Positions 33,188 through 43,701 of a stretch of DNA of 64,000 nt are shown in pieces. A program made the position numbers and the translations under genes. Every line of letters starts with the position of its first letter. The first letter of the stretch is position 1. A model generated the notes under the pieces. That model ran no database searches. It was given only the letters and a program-made list of their open reading frames with translations, and was not told the DNA's origin. The stretch comes from an uncultured Acidobacteriota bacterium (lineage in GTDB: Bacteria > Acidobacteriota > JAQAZP01), in contig CAWIIB010000009.1 in assembly GCA_963836075.1 (NCBI GenBank), forward strand, positions 896,001-960,000. The letters run 5' to 3'.

Positions 33188-34357
33188 ATGACAGCGAAAA
33201 ACCAGGGCGGTGAAGCGCCGAGAAAGACGATGTTCGTGGAGAACCTCGAGGTAAACTCCACCATCACCTCGATCTTTATCGTTCGGGACAAGGAAATCCG
33301 GCAGCAGAAGAACAACAACCAGGACTACCTGCGCCTGACCCTCGGCGATCGCACCGGCTCGGTGGCGGCGCTCTCCTTCTCGGACACGGACAAGAACTGG
33401 CACACCTTCAGCCAGGGCGACTATGTCCTGGTCCGCGGAGTGGTCAAGGAATACGCCGGGCGGCCGCAGATCAAGCTGACCCGGGTCCAGCCGCTGTCCG
33501 ACGACGGTGTGGATGCCCGGGATTTCCTCCCCTCTTCCGGCCGCGATGCCGGCGAGATGTACGACGAGTTGCTGGGCTGGGTGCGCAGCATCAAGGACCC
33601 GCACATCAGGCAGCTGCTGGAGACCATTTTCGGCGATGAGGATATCTCCGCCCGCTTCCGCATGGCCCCGGCGGCCAAGGGGATGCACCACGCCTACATC
33701 GGCGGTCTGCTGTCCCACACCCTCTCGGTGATCGGCCTCTGCCACCGGGTGGCGGGACACTACGGCTATCCGGCGGTGAACCACGACCTGCTGCTGGCCG
33801 GGGCGATGCTCCACGACCTGGGCAAGGCCTGGGAGCTGGACTGGCACCGCGGCTTCGACTACACCGACAGCGGCCGCCTGCTGGGCCACATCGTGGAGGA
33901 GTCGTTCCTCATCGACCGCTACATCAGCCGGCTCGAGGGCTTCCCCGAGGAGCTGCGGGTGCAGCTGCTGCACATCGTGCTCAGCCACCACGGGACCTAC
34001 GAGTACGGTTCGCCGCGGCGGCCCAAGACGGTGGAAGCGCTGATCCTGCACTATGTGGACGATCTCGACTCCAAGTGTCAGGCGATGCAGGACCTGATCA
34101 ATGCCGAGATGGGCCAGAAGGGCAACTGGACCAGCTTCAACCGCAACCTTGGCCGTTACCTCTACAAGAAGCGCTATGTCCACGGGGACGGTGACGCCGT
34201 GGAGGACGAGCCGCCACAGGTGCCCGACGAAACCGAGGCGCCGCCCGCCCCGCCCGCCCGGACGGAACCGCCGCGGCGCGACGGGGAGCCCGAAAAGCCG
34301 GAGCAGAACGAAACGGAAAAAAAGGCTGATCTGCCGCAGGGAAAGTTGTTTGATTAG
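33188..34357 (+). CDS. YhaM/Cbf1-like OB-fold plus HD-domain 3'-5' exoribonuclease
   Basis: YLRLTLGDRTG, APAAKGMHHAYIGGLLSH, LHDLGK, SHHG...GSP...P.T.EA. Confidence 0.92.
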   Translation: MTAKNQGGEAPRKTMFVENLEVNSTITSIFIVRDKEIRQQKNNNQDYLRLTLGDRTGSVAALSFSDTDKNWHTFSQGDYVLVRGVVKEYAGRPQIKLTRVQPLSDDGVDARDFLPSSGRDAGEMYDELLGWVRSIKDPHIRQLLETIFGDEDISARFRMAPAAKGMHHAYIGGLLSHTLSVIGLCHRVAGHYGYPAVNHDLLLAGAMLHDLGKAWELDWHRGFDYTDSGRLLGHIVEESFLIDRYISRLEGFPEELRVQLLHIVLSHHGTYEYGSPRRPKTVEALILHYVDDLDSKCQAMQDLINAEMGQKGNWTSFNRNLGRYLYKKRYVHGDGDAVEDEPPQVPDETEAPPAPPARTEPPRRDGEPEKPEQNETEKKADLPQGKLFD

Positions 34358-34412
34358 AGTCTCTTCTTGACCTGCTGCAGCCCGCGGCCCTATATAGATA
34401 GAAAGCAGTGCA

Positions 34413-35428
34413 ATGACCGAAAGCGCTCTCCAGCAACAAACAGGTATGCTCAAGCCGCTGAAGATCGGCTCCCTGACCCTCGATCCGCCGGTGGTGATGG
34501 CTCCGATGGCCGGGTTCTCGGACCGCATCTTTCGCGACATGGTCCGCGGGTTCGGCGGCTGTCCGCTGCTTTGTACCGAGATGATCAGCGCCGAGGGTCT
34601 GTTGCGCGGCGGGCGGGGTACGCTGGAGCTGCTGCCCCACCCGGACGAGTTCGGCGACACCGCTGTCCAGCTCTTCGGCTTCAAGCCGGACCGGGTGGCC
34701 GAGGCCGCGGCCTGGGTCGAGGAGCGCGGGGTCCGGCTGGTGGACATCAACATGGGCTGTCCGGCGCGCAAGGTGGTGGTGGACGGGTCGGGTGCGGCAC
34801 TGCTCAAGGATCCGGACCGGGCCGTGGCCCTGGTGTCCGCCGTAAAAAAAAAGTCTCGATCCCGCTCACGGTGAAACTTCGTCTGGGCTGGGGTCGCGGC
34901 GAGGTCACGGTGCACGAGCTGGCGCCCCGGCTGGTGGACGCCGGCGCCGATGCGGTGACGCTGCATGCGCGTTGCCGTAACGAAGGCTTCTCGGGCCAGG
35001 CCAAGTGGGAGCACATCGCCCGGCTCAAGGAGGCGCTCACCGTGCCGCTGCTGGGCAACGGTGATGCCCGGACGGCTGAAGATGCCTTCCGCATGACCGG
35101 CGAGACCGGTTGTGACGGGGTGATGGTGGGCCGGGCCGGACTGGCCAAGCCCTGGATCTTCAGCCAGGTCGCGGCGCTGAACCGCGGCGAGGAGGCGCCG
35201 GAACCGGGGAAGGAAGTGCGTCGGCGGTTGATCCTCGAGCACTTCCGGCGGCTAGCCAGGGAGGACGAACCGCACCGGGCGGTGCACCGGATCAGGGGGT
35301 TCGTGGCTTGGTATTCCCGGGGCCTCAACGGCGGTGCGATGTTGCGGCGGGCGGTGAACCAGGCGCCCGACGCTGAAGAGTTCGAAGGGATCGTCAACAG
35401 CTTTTTCGACCAGGGTCATGTTAGCTGA
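34413..35428 (+). CDS. dusB: tRNA-dihydrouridine synthase DusB/NifR3, frameshifted in an A9 run at 34844-34852
   Basis: MAPMAG and DINMGCP in one frame; PLTVKLR, LHAR, GNGD and DGVMVGR in the -1 frame. Confidence 0.9.
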
Positions 35429-36248
35429 AATCAAAAGACAGATGCAGCACGGCGGGGTGATCGACACCCCGGAGGAGCGGGACCGCTTCTTCCGCTATCT
35501 CGACGTGCTCGGCCCGCGTTTCGAGCCGCTGGTGGTGCGGGGCGGCAGCCGTCGGCGCCGCGAGTTCATGGCCCGCTGTCTCCACTTCTACGGACCGGGG
35601 CGCGACGGGGGCCACTTCGTCCTCTTCGAGTCGAGCGATGAACCGGGGCCGTCGGCGGCCGCCGCCGAGCTGGAGGAGTGCTGGCGCAGGAGCATGGGCG
35701 GCACGCTCTTTGTGGACCAGTTCGACAAAGCCCGCGGCGCGCTGCTCGATTCGCTGGGCGGAATCTGCCGCCACGTGGCCCGGGCCCGGGACCGCAGGCA
35801 GCAGCCGGCGCTGCCGGCCAGCGGCGCCCGGCTGGTGTTGGGCCGCAAGTCGGCACAGGGCCCGGACATGAGCCAGCGCAGCGCCACTGCCGCACGGCTG
35901 GAGGAGATTCTCGAGCCGATCACCGTGGACATGCGGCGGCTGAAGCCGCATCACGACAGGCCCTGCGGCAGCGGTGCAGCAGACTGTGTCGCCCACGCTG
36001 AAGCGTCCGAAGGAAACGGGGAAGAGCCGCCCTGGTGCCAGGAGCTGGAACACCTGCTGACCCGGATCTGGAAGGAGGGCGGGGCCCGCCAGGGCGGCGG
36101 CCTGCTGCGCCAGCTTCGGGAACGGGCCGACTTCGAACTGGCCGAACTGGCGCTCGGTGAAACCGGCGGGAACCGGAAGCGGGCGGCCGAACTGCTGGGC
36201 GTCTCCACCGCCACCATCTCCCGCCGCCTCTCCTCTGGGAAATCATGA
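35418..36248 (+). CDS. Degenerate sigma54-activator-like AAA+ remnant with a C-terminal Fis-type helix-turn-helix
   Basis: PLVVRGGSRRRREFMARCLH aligns with PVLITGESGTGKELVARAIH; GGTLFVDQF with GGTLFLDEI; HTH ALGETGGNRKRAAELLGVS. Confidence 0.75.
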   Translation: MLAEIKRQMQHGGVIDTPEERDRFFRYLDVLGPRFEPLVVRGGSRRRREFMARCLHFYGPGRDGGHFVLFESSDEPGPSAAAAELEECWRRSMGGTLFVDQFDKARGALLDSLGGICRHVARARDRRQQPALPASGARLVLGRKSAQGPDMSQRSATAARLEEILEPITVDMRRLKPHHDRPCGSGAADCVAHAEASEGNGEEPPWCQELEHLLTRIWKEGGARQGGGLLRQLRERADFELAELALGETGGNRKRAAELLGVSTATISRRLSSGKS

Positions 36249-37933
36249 CCCCGTTCGGCAGGGCCGGGACCCGGAAGGGCTGCATCATCACCACCATGGT
36301 CATCGTTCTGCTCACCGCCGCCATTGCCGTTGGCGGCTGGTTCTGGCTCCGCACCTGGCTGAGCAGCCGCCAGCTGGACAACCTCGAGACATACGAACGT
36401 CACCGCCGGCTGACCCTGGCCCAGGTGGAGCTGGACGCGCTCCGTTCCCTGAGCCAGCGGGCCCGCAGCGGCGTTCTCGACGAGACCCGGGGCGGCCTCT
36501 CCTTCCTCCTCTCCGAGGAGGTGCTCAACCGCTGCCTCGAACAGTTTGTCGGGCTGCAGGGGGGATCGGGCACGGGCAGCGACTTCCGGATCACCGGCGC
36601 CGGGCTGCAGTGCCTGGACGGGGTGGCCATCGCCACCTTCGACCTGGAGGTGGAAACCCGCTACCCCGGCATCTCGGCCCGGGGCCGGGCGGACACCCAG
36701 CTCACCCTGGCCCCCGGTGACCAGGGTGAGCTGGTGGGGCGGTTCCGCATCATCTCCATCTCCCCCGACTACACCATCCAGGGGCGCAAGGTTCCCGCCT
36801 TCGAGTTCCTCAAGCGCATGACCGCCGCCCGCCTGGACCGCAGCGCCCGGGTGAAGATCCCCGACCTCCACATCCCCCTGGCCCTCACCGGGGAACTGCC
36901 GTTCGGCAAGGTGGACAAACAGACCGCGGGCGGCTCGGTGACCGTGGAGATGCCGGCGGGCAGCCTGGGCTACCGGGTGGAGATCGGTGACGCCGGCTTC
37001 TACAAGGGATTTGTCCGGGCCGCGGCCTCGGCGGTGACGGTGACCGCTTCGGGGAAGGACGCGGAGACGGCGGGCGGGGACACCGGGCCGGACTGGGTGA
37101 CAAAGGTGCCCCGAACGGAGGAGGGCGAGGAATTGCAGCTCCACCCGCTGGCCGGGGACCCGGCCCTCTTCGAGAAGGAGCTGGCCCGGCTGGAGCAGCG
37201 GCTGGCCGATGTCCGGGCGCAGCTGGCAAAGCTGGATCTTCCCGGCGGCCCGGACAGCGACGCCGAGGTGCGCTGCAGCCGCGAGCTGCTGGACGGGCTG
37301 CTGCACCAGCTGGCCGGCGCTGTCGAGGAGGACGTCCTGATCACCATCGAGAACATGGAGAACGCCTGGCAAAAAGAGCAGAAGCTCTTTGGCCGGACGT
37401 TTCAGAACCACGCCGACATCGTTCATGCCGATGGCCGGGTGGACATCCGCGACCTGCGCCTGCTGGGCGTGGAGGGGAACCGGCTGCAGGTGCAGGTGCA
37501 GATCGTGGGGGATGCCCGCGGCTCGGTCAAGGTGTCGATGTATGGCCTCCGCTCTACCGTGCCGGTGATCCTCGACGTCAAGGCCGACCAGGTGCTCTTC
37601 TTCACCATGGAGGATGACGGCGAGGGCGGGTTCGTGGTGCGGCCCGAGCCGGTGGAGATCCCCCTGGAGGTGGCCGCGCAGGTCCATGTGGGCTCGTACG
37701 CCATCAACCTCAACCCCCCGCTCTCCCTCGAGGCACAGAAGGTCATCCGCCCGGCCCACGTGCCCCTGGGCCTGGACAGCACCATCACCATCCCCACCCG
37801 GATGAAACGCTCGGACGTGCTCGACTCCAAGGATGTCCGGGTGACGGTCACCGCCACCGGCATTCCGGCGGTGACCAAAAAGGGTGGCCTGGTTGTTGGC
37901 GCGCGGCTGGCCATCGAGGAAGAGAAGAAGTAG
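36245..37933 (+). CDS. Hypothetical membrane-anchored protein, 562 aa
   Basis: Long ORF with typical codon usage, ATGA overlap with the upstream gene, one N-terminal transmembrane segment and a central coiled coil. Confidence 0.8.
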   Translation: MTPFGRAGTRKGCIITTMVIVLLTAAIAVGGWFWLRTWLSSRQLDNLETYERHRRLTLAQVELDALRSLSQRARSGVLDETRGGLSFLLSEEVLNRCLEQFVGLQGGSGTGSDFRITGAGLQCLDGVAIATFDLEVETRYPGISARGRADTQLTLAPGDQGELVGRFRIISISPDYTIQGRKVPAFEFLKRMTAARLDRSARVKIPDLHIPLALTGELPFGKVDKQTAGGSVTVEMPAGSLGYRVEIGDAGFYKGFVRAAASAVTVTASGKDAETAGGDTGPDWVTKVPRTEEGEELQLHPLAGDPALFEKELARLEQRLADVRAQLAKLDLPGGPDSDAEVRCSRELLDGLLHQLAGAVEEDVLITIENMENAWQKEQKLFGRTFQNHADIVHADGRVDIRDLRLLGVEGNRLQVQVQIVGDARGSVKVSMYGLRSTVPVILDVKADQVLFFTMEDDGEGGFVVRPEPVEIPLEVAAQVHVGSYAINLNPPLSLEAQKVIRPAHVPLGLDSTITIPTRMKRSDVLDSKDVRVTVTATGIPAVTKKGGLVVGARLAIEEEKK

Positions 37934-37941
37934 AGCGGGGG

Positions 37942-38008
37942 CTCGGGGACGTACATGAATATATGAATTTTTTCAGAAAAAATTCATATATTCATGTACG
38001 TCCCCGAG
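37942..38008. repeat. Perfect 67-bp palindrome, copy 1
   Basis: 33-bp arms ctcggggacgtacatgaatatatgaattttttc around a 1-nt centre. Confidence 0.97.
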
Positions 38009-38009
38009 T

Positions 38010-38849
38010 TTACGACGGATTGATCACCAGCGGTGCGTCCGGATCCGCGTTCTCCAGCTCGAACCACACTTCGCCCGCGGTGGCATCGAGTCCGTAGGCG
38101 ATCTCCACCGGCAGGTCATGCTGGGTCGCCCGGGGTGCTTCCTCGTGCAGGTCACCCCAGGGGGTGGCGATGACCAACCGGCCGGTCTCGTCCAGCCGCA
38201 GTGCATCCTGCCCTCCGTAGCGCAACCTGATCAGGCCGGCATCCGCGGCGCGGTCCAGGCGGTACTCTGCCTTGAGCCTTCCGGCTGACCCGCTGTATGC
38301 CAGGTCAACCCCGGGCCACAGGCCGCGGTAGACGATCCTTTCGAAGGTGGCCGCACCGCTGACCCAGCCCTCGGGATCCTTGCCCCGGAAATAGCTCACC
38401 TTGCCATCCAGCGGGCTTTCTCCATCAACGGTCGCAGCGGCGGATGTGCCGAGGAAATGAATCTTCAGCGCGAAGCTTTCGATTGATAGCGTTGTTTCGC
38501 CCACCGGATTCTCCGGGTCATCTGTCTGGGCGGTGGTTTTCACGTTGCGGGTGAATACCGCGGCCAGGGAGTCGGCGGTGTAGAAGAACGTTCCGGTGCC
38601 GTGGCGTGCGGCAAAGAGGACTTGCGGATCGAACTGGCCCCTGTTCTCTTCGAAGGCCAGGGACAGATTGCCCAGCGCTCCCTGGGCTGCCTGGGGCGCG
38701 GGCGGTGGTGTTGCAGTTGCCGATGGTGGCGCTTCCGCACCAACGGCAGGCGCCGCATTCTCCGGCCAGGGCGGCTCCGATGTGCCGCAGCCGCAGAGCA
38801 GAAGGAGAACGAGGAGCGCAACAAATGTTTGGATGGGTCGTGCCGTCAT
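38010..38849 (-). CDS. Lipoprotein carrying only the N-terminal domain found in SBBP-repeat proteins (DUF7948-like); probably truncated
   Basis: Lipobox-like LLCGC, LAFEENRGQ, YRGLWPGVDL, IRLRYGG; ends PLVINPS* against the palindrome. Confidence 0.7.
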   Translation of the reverse strand: MTARPIQTFVALLVLLLLCGCGTSEPPWPENAAPAVGAEAPPSATATPPPAPQAAQGALGNLSLAFEENRGQFDPQVLFAARHGTGTFFYTADSLAAVFTRNVKTTAQTDDPENPVGETTLSIESFALKIHFLGTSAAATVDGESPLDGKVSYFRGKDPEGWVSGAATFERIVYRGLWPGVDLAYSGSAGRLKAEYRLDRAADAGLIRLRYGGQDALRLDETGRLVIATPWGDLHEEAPRATQHDLPVEIAYGLDATAGEVWFELENADPDAPLVINPS

Positions 38850-38877
38850 CGTTCAGCAACTCCTCGAATCAGGAGGC

Positions 38878-38944
38878 TCGGGGGACGTACATGAATATAT
38901 GAATTTTTTCAGAAAAAATTCATATATTCATGTACGTCCCCCGA
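38878..38944. repeat. Perfect 67-bp palindrome, copy 2
   Basis: Shares an identical 61-bp core ggggacgtac...gtacgtcccc with copy 1. Confidence 0.97.
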
Positions 38945-38952
38945 ATACGGAC

Positions 38953-40497
38953 TCAGTGCCGGTGCAGGACGGCGTGCATGATCCGCCTGGTCTCGTGCAG
39001 CCGGTCGTCGGCCGGCAGGTCCACCAGGTGCTCGTTCATCTGCTCGTCCTTCTCCGCCTTGAGCATCTTCACCATGTAGTCGATGGTGGCCTCGGGGAAG
39101 ATCCCCTCGCGCTGGTAGAGCTTGCGGTGTTCCTCCAGCCGGGCCGCCGAGGCGACACAGCTGGTGGGCAGCGCGGGCAGCCGGTCCAGCAGTTCCTGGT
39201 TCTTGAAGATGTTGCCGTGGGCGTAGAGCTCTTCGGCGAGCTTCAGTGACTCGTCCCTGTGGGTCAACCCCCACTGGGCGGCCATGGTGATGCCGGCCAG
39301 CAGCAGGTGGATGATGGCGCTGCCGTCGGGGCAGCGCAGTTCCACGGTCTGCCGGCTCTCTTCCGAGGCGGCCAGCTCCTCGATCTGCTGGGGGTTCAGC
39401 GTCCGGGCCAGGTTGCTGGTGCCGGCCCAACCCAGGGGCACGCGGATCATGGCGCTGCGGTTGAGGTCGCTCCAGCAGATGCGGGTGGGCGCCTCCTGGT
39501 CGGGCACCAGCCGGAGATAGGCCGAGGAGACGGTGTTGCCAAAGGCGGTGAGCGAGCCGGCGTAGTGGCAGAGGCCGCCGATCACCTGCCGCGCCGCGTC
39601 GCTTAGCGCGCCGTCCCCCTCGTTCATCACATTTTTCCCGTCCTTCATCAGCGCCATGTGCACGTGGAAGCCGTTGCCGGCCACCCCCTCCTCGATCTTC
39701 GGCGCGAAGGTGGCCACGTAGCCGTATTTGTAGGCGATGTTGCGGATCAGCCAACGGGCCAGCACCAGGTGGCTGCCCGCCTCCTCCACCGGGGTGGGCA
39801 GGAACTCGATCTCCAGCTGTTCGGCCCGCTTGCCGCGGATCTCCTCCAGGTCGCTGCGCACGTGCTCCACCCGGCCCACCTCGCTGTGGGCGTACTTCAC
39901 CGCGCCGGTCATCTGGGCGATGGCCCGCACCATCTCGTCCAGCACCCGGCCGCTTTTGACGAAGGGCGCAGAGGCGTGGTAGCCGCGCTGCCGGTCGCCG
40001 GGGAAGATCTTCGCCTCCTGGTCGCCGATGAGGAAGAACTCCAGCTCGCCCATGGCGTGGAACTCCATGCCGGTGGTGTCGGTGAACAGTCTGGCCGCGT
40101 TGTGCAGGATGTTGTCCAGCGCGAAGGTCGCCCGTTCGCCCTCGGCAGTGAGGTAGCGGCAGACGAGATCCAGGCTGCCCGATTCGAAGGGATTGAGAAA
40201 AGCGGTCTTGTAGAGCGGCACCACGTAGAGGTCGGAAACTGCGGCGTCCACCATCCCCTTGAACAGCGACGAGCCGTCCACCCGCTCGCCGTCGGCCAGC
40301 ACCCGCTCCGCCTGCTCCCGGCTGACGATGGGCAGCTTCAGCTCCTTCAGCTTGCCGTCCAGGGCGGTATAGTGAAAGGTGATCCGCTCGATGTTCTTTT
40401 CTTCGATCACCTGGATCAGATCGGCCCGGGTGAAGTCCTCGGCCGGCTTGTCCAGGATCACCGAGATCGGGTTGGTCAGGGCGTAGTGTTGTTTCAT
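38953..40497 (-). CDS. glnA: Glutamine synthetase family protein
   Basis: RVDGSSLF, ELEFF, HSEVG, TFAPK...GNGFHVH, SAYLRLVP.QEAP, NRSAMIRVP, VELRCPD. Confidence 0.9.
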   Translation of the reverse strand: MKQHYALTNPISVILDKPAEDFTRADLIQVIEEKNIERITFHYTALDGKLKELKLPIVSREQAERVLADGERVDGSSLFKGMVDAAVSDLYVVPLYKTAFLNPFESGSLDLVCRYLTAEGERATFALDNILHNAARLFTDTTGMEFHAMGELEFFLIGDQEAKIFPGDRQRGYHASAPFVKSGRVLDEMVRAIAQMTGAVKYAHSEVGRVEHVRSDLEEIRGKRAEQLEIEFLPTPVEEAGSHLVLARWLIRNIAYKYGYVATFAPKIEEGVAGNGFHVHMALMKDGKNVMNEGDGALSDAARQVIGGLCHYAGSLTAFGNTVSSAYLRLVPDQEAPTRICWSDLNRSAMIRVPLGWAGTSNLARTLNPQQIEELAASEESRQTVELRCPDGSAIIHLLLAGITMAAQWGLTHRDESLKLAEELYAHGNIFKNQELLDRLPALPTSCVASAARLEEHRKLYQREGIFPEATIDYMVKMLKAEKDEQMNEHLVDLPADDRLHETRRIMHAVLHRH

Positions 40498-40913
40498 CGC
40501 TGCCTCCACAAGACCGGGATGGGCTAACTGCTGGCACCTGGTGGCGTTACCCCCATTCTCGGGGGCGGCCATGATATAGCGGATGGGGCGGGAATGTCCA
40601 GATGGATCGGCCGTCGATCGGTTCGGACCGATCGGGGAGGGGGTGGATCCCGGTGAGCCGGCGGCTGCGGTCGGTGAAGGTGGAGGTCACTGCCTTCGTC
40701 GTCCTTCGGTCCCTTCTGGACGATCGATTTATCAATGGCAGATCCATTCGTCTCATGATGCTGTGCATCAATGACGCCTCCCGGACCTGCGCCCGGGGAT
40801 CGGACCGCTCCGGGCCGCGAGCGGTTCCCCAGGCCTTTGTCAGTCTGCGGCCTATTGATGTATAAGGTAGGAAGCATCGTTTCTAACCCCGTGCATCGAC
40901 GCCAGAGGCAGGT

Positions 40914-43273
40914 ATGATGGATTTCCTGGTCATCGCCGTGCTCGCTCCCTTCGCGGCCACGGTCGTCGCGCCCGCGGCGGCCCGCCGTCTGGGTCGCCAC
41001 ACCGGCTGGCTGCTGGCGCTGGTGCCTGCCTCCATCTTCGTCTGGATGTGTACGTTACTGCCCCTCGAGCCCTTTGCCGCGCGCACGGTGGCGATCCCCT
41101 GGGCCACGCCCATCGGCCTGGAGTTCGCCTTCCTGCTCGACGGCCTGTCGGCCACCTTCGTGATGCTGATCACGGGCATCGGCGCGCTGGTGGTGATCTA
41201 CGCCAGCGGCTACCTGGGGCCGGACCCGCGGCTGGGCCGCTTCTACGTCTTCCTGCTGGCCTTCATGGGCGCCATGCTCGGCGCTGGTGCTGGCCGACAA
41301 CCTGATCACCCTCTTCGTCTTCTGGGAGCTGACCAGCCTCTGCTCCTACATGCTGATCGGCTTCGACCACGAGAAGGCCGAAGCCCGCGCCTCGGCACTG
41401 AAGGCCCTGCTGGTCACCGGGCTGGGCGGCCTGCTGCTGCTGGCCGGCTTCCTGCTGATGATCATCGCCGGCGAGCAGCTGGGCCTGTCTCCCGAGCTGG
41501 CCGGCAAAATCTCCGGCCTGGCCACCGTCGACCTGCACGGCCCACGCCCTGGTACCACGGCATCCTCATCCTCGTGCTGCTGGGCTGCATCACCAAGTCG
41601 GCCCAGGTGCCGTTCCACTTCTGGCTGCCGGCGGCCATGGCCGGCCCGACGCCGGTCAGCGCGTACCTGCACTCGGCCACCATGGTCAAGGCCGGGATCT
41701 ACCTGCTGGCCCGGCTCAGCCCCCAGCTCGGGGGTACGCCGGAGTGGGCCTGGTCCCTCGGCCTCATCGGGCTGGTGACCATGCTCACCGGCGCGCTGGC
41801 GACCCTGGGCCAGCGCGACATGAAGCGGGTGCTGGCCTACTCCACGCTCGCCGTGCTGGGCACCCTGGTGATGCTGCTGGGCGTGGGCACGGAGATGGCC
41901 GTCAAGACCGCCGTGGTCTACCTGGTGGCCCACGCCATGTACAAGGCGGCCCTGTTCATGGTGGCGGGCAACGTGGACCACGAGACGGGCACCCGCGACC
42001 TGCACAAGCTCGGCGGGCTGCGCCGGCTGATGCCCTGGACGGCGGCGGCGGGCATCCTGGCCGCGCTGAGCAAGGCCGGCGCGCCGCCGATGTTCGGGTT
42101 CATCGGCAAGGAGCTGCTCTACAAGACCAAGCTCGACCTCGAGGTGCTGGGGGCCTGGGCCATCATCGCTGCGGTGGTGGCCAACGTCGCCCTGGTGGCG
42201 TCGGCGCTGATGGTCTCGGTGTGGCCCTTCCTGGGCAAGCGCAACGAAACGCCGAAGAACGCCCCACGAGGCCCCGCTGTCCATGCTCCTCGGCGCGGTG
42301 ATCCTCTCCTTCATGGGGCTCGGCCGCGGTCTGATGCCCCATCCCTTCGAGACACGCCTCGGTTCGGCCGCCGCCTCGGCGATCCTCGGCAAGCCGGTGG
42401 AGATGCACCTCAAGCTGTGGCACGGCGTCGATCCCGCCGCCCTGACCGTGCTCGGCCTGAGCGTGGCCACCCTGGCCCTTGGCTGGGGGCTCTACGTCAT
42501 GATCAGGGCGCGCGTCGCCCCCCTGACGCCGGCGCTGCGGCGCCCGTTCTCCTACGGGCCGACGCGGCTCTACGAGCTGCTGCTGCAGGGGCTTTACACG
42601 GGTGCGGACCGGGTCACGCGGCTGATCCAGTCGGGCCGCCTCCGTTACTACGTGCTGGTGACCCTGGCCTTCGCCGTGGTGGTGGCCGCGCCGCCGCTGC
42701 TGCGGGCCCTGGGCGCCGAGCCGGTCGCCGCCCACGAGGGCTGGCGCGTGCACGAGCTCGTCATCGGCCTGCTGACCCTGCTCGCCGCCCTGGCGGCGAC
42801 GCTGGTGCGCTCACGCCTGACCACGCTGATGCTGTTGGGCGTGGTCGGCACCTGCATGGGGCTGCTCTTCGTCCTCTTCAGCGCGCCCGACCTGGCCCTG
42901 ACCCAGGTGATGATCGAGATCCTCACGGTGGTGATCCTGGCCATGGTCCTCTACCGGCTGCCCGCCGTGGTGCGGCGAAGCGGCCTGGCCTCCCGGCTGC
43001 GCGACCTGACGGTGGCCCTGGGGGTCGGCGGCATGATGGCGCTGTTCGTGATCGTGGCCTCGCGGGTCACCCGCGATACCGACGGTCAGCGACTTCTTCC
43101 TCGCCAACAGCGTGCCCGCGGCCCAGGGCCGCAACGTGGTCAACGTGATCCTGGTGGACTTCCGCGCCATGGACACCCTGGGCGAGATCACGGTGCTCGC
43201 CGCGGCCGGGCTGGGCGTGATGGCGCTGCTGCGCCTGGGGGCCGGACGGGCCGGCAGGGGGGACGCGTCATGA
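40914..43273 (+). CDS. mrpA: Na+/H+ antiporter subunit MrpA (several frameshifts)
   Basis: [54 protein letters not shown] and [18 protein letters not shown], spread over several frames. Confidence 0.88.
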
Positions 43274-43701
43274 GGGATTCGCTGATCCTGCGCACCGCGA
43301 CGCGCCTCTTGATGCCGCTGCTGCTGCTGTTCTCGCTCTTCAGTCTGCTGCGGGGCCACAACGAGCCGGGCGGCGGCTTCATCGGCGGGCTGCTGGCCGC
43401 GGGCAGCCTCTGCCTCTACCTGCTGGCCCACGGCCCGGAGGCCACGCGACGCGTGCTGCGCATCGATCCGCGGACCCTGATCGGCGGCGGGCTGCTGGCC
43501 GCCCTGGGCGCCGGCCTGGCGCCGCTGTTCCTGGGCCAGCCGTTCCTGACCGGGCTCTGGGCCGAACAGCCGGTGCCGGGCATCGGCAAGGTCAGCACCG
43601 TGCTGCTCTTCGACATCGGCGTCTACCTGGTGGTGGCCGGCACGACGCTGCTGATGGTCCTGACGCTGTCGGACCGCGGCGGACGGGAGGAGGAGCCATG
43701 A
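43270..43701 (+). CDS. mrpB: Na+/H+ antiporter subunit MrpB
   Basis: [29 protein letters not shown]. Confidence 0.92.
   Translation: MRDSLILRTATRLLMPLLLLFSLFSLLRGHNEPGGGFIGGLLAAGSLCLYLLAHGPEATRRVLRIDPRTLIGGGLLAALGAGLAPLFLGQPFLTGLWAEQPVPGIGKVSTVLLFDIGVYLVVAGTTLLMVLTLSDRGGREEEP

Noticed and set aside
40498-40913. glnA riboswitch or small gene in the glnA-mrpA divergent region
   Set aside because: I could not identify a glutamine-riboswitch consensus or a convincing ORF.
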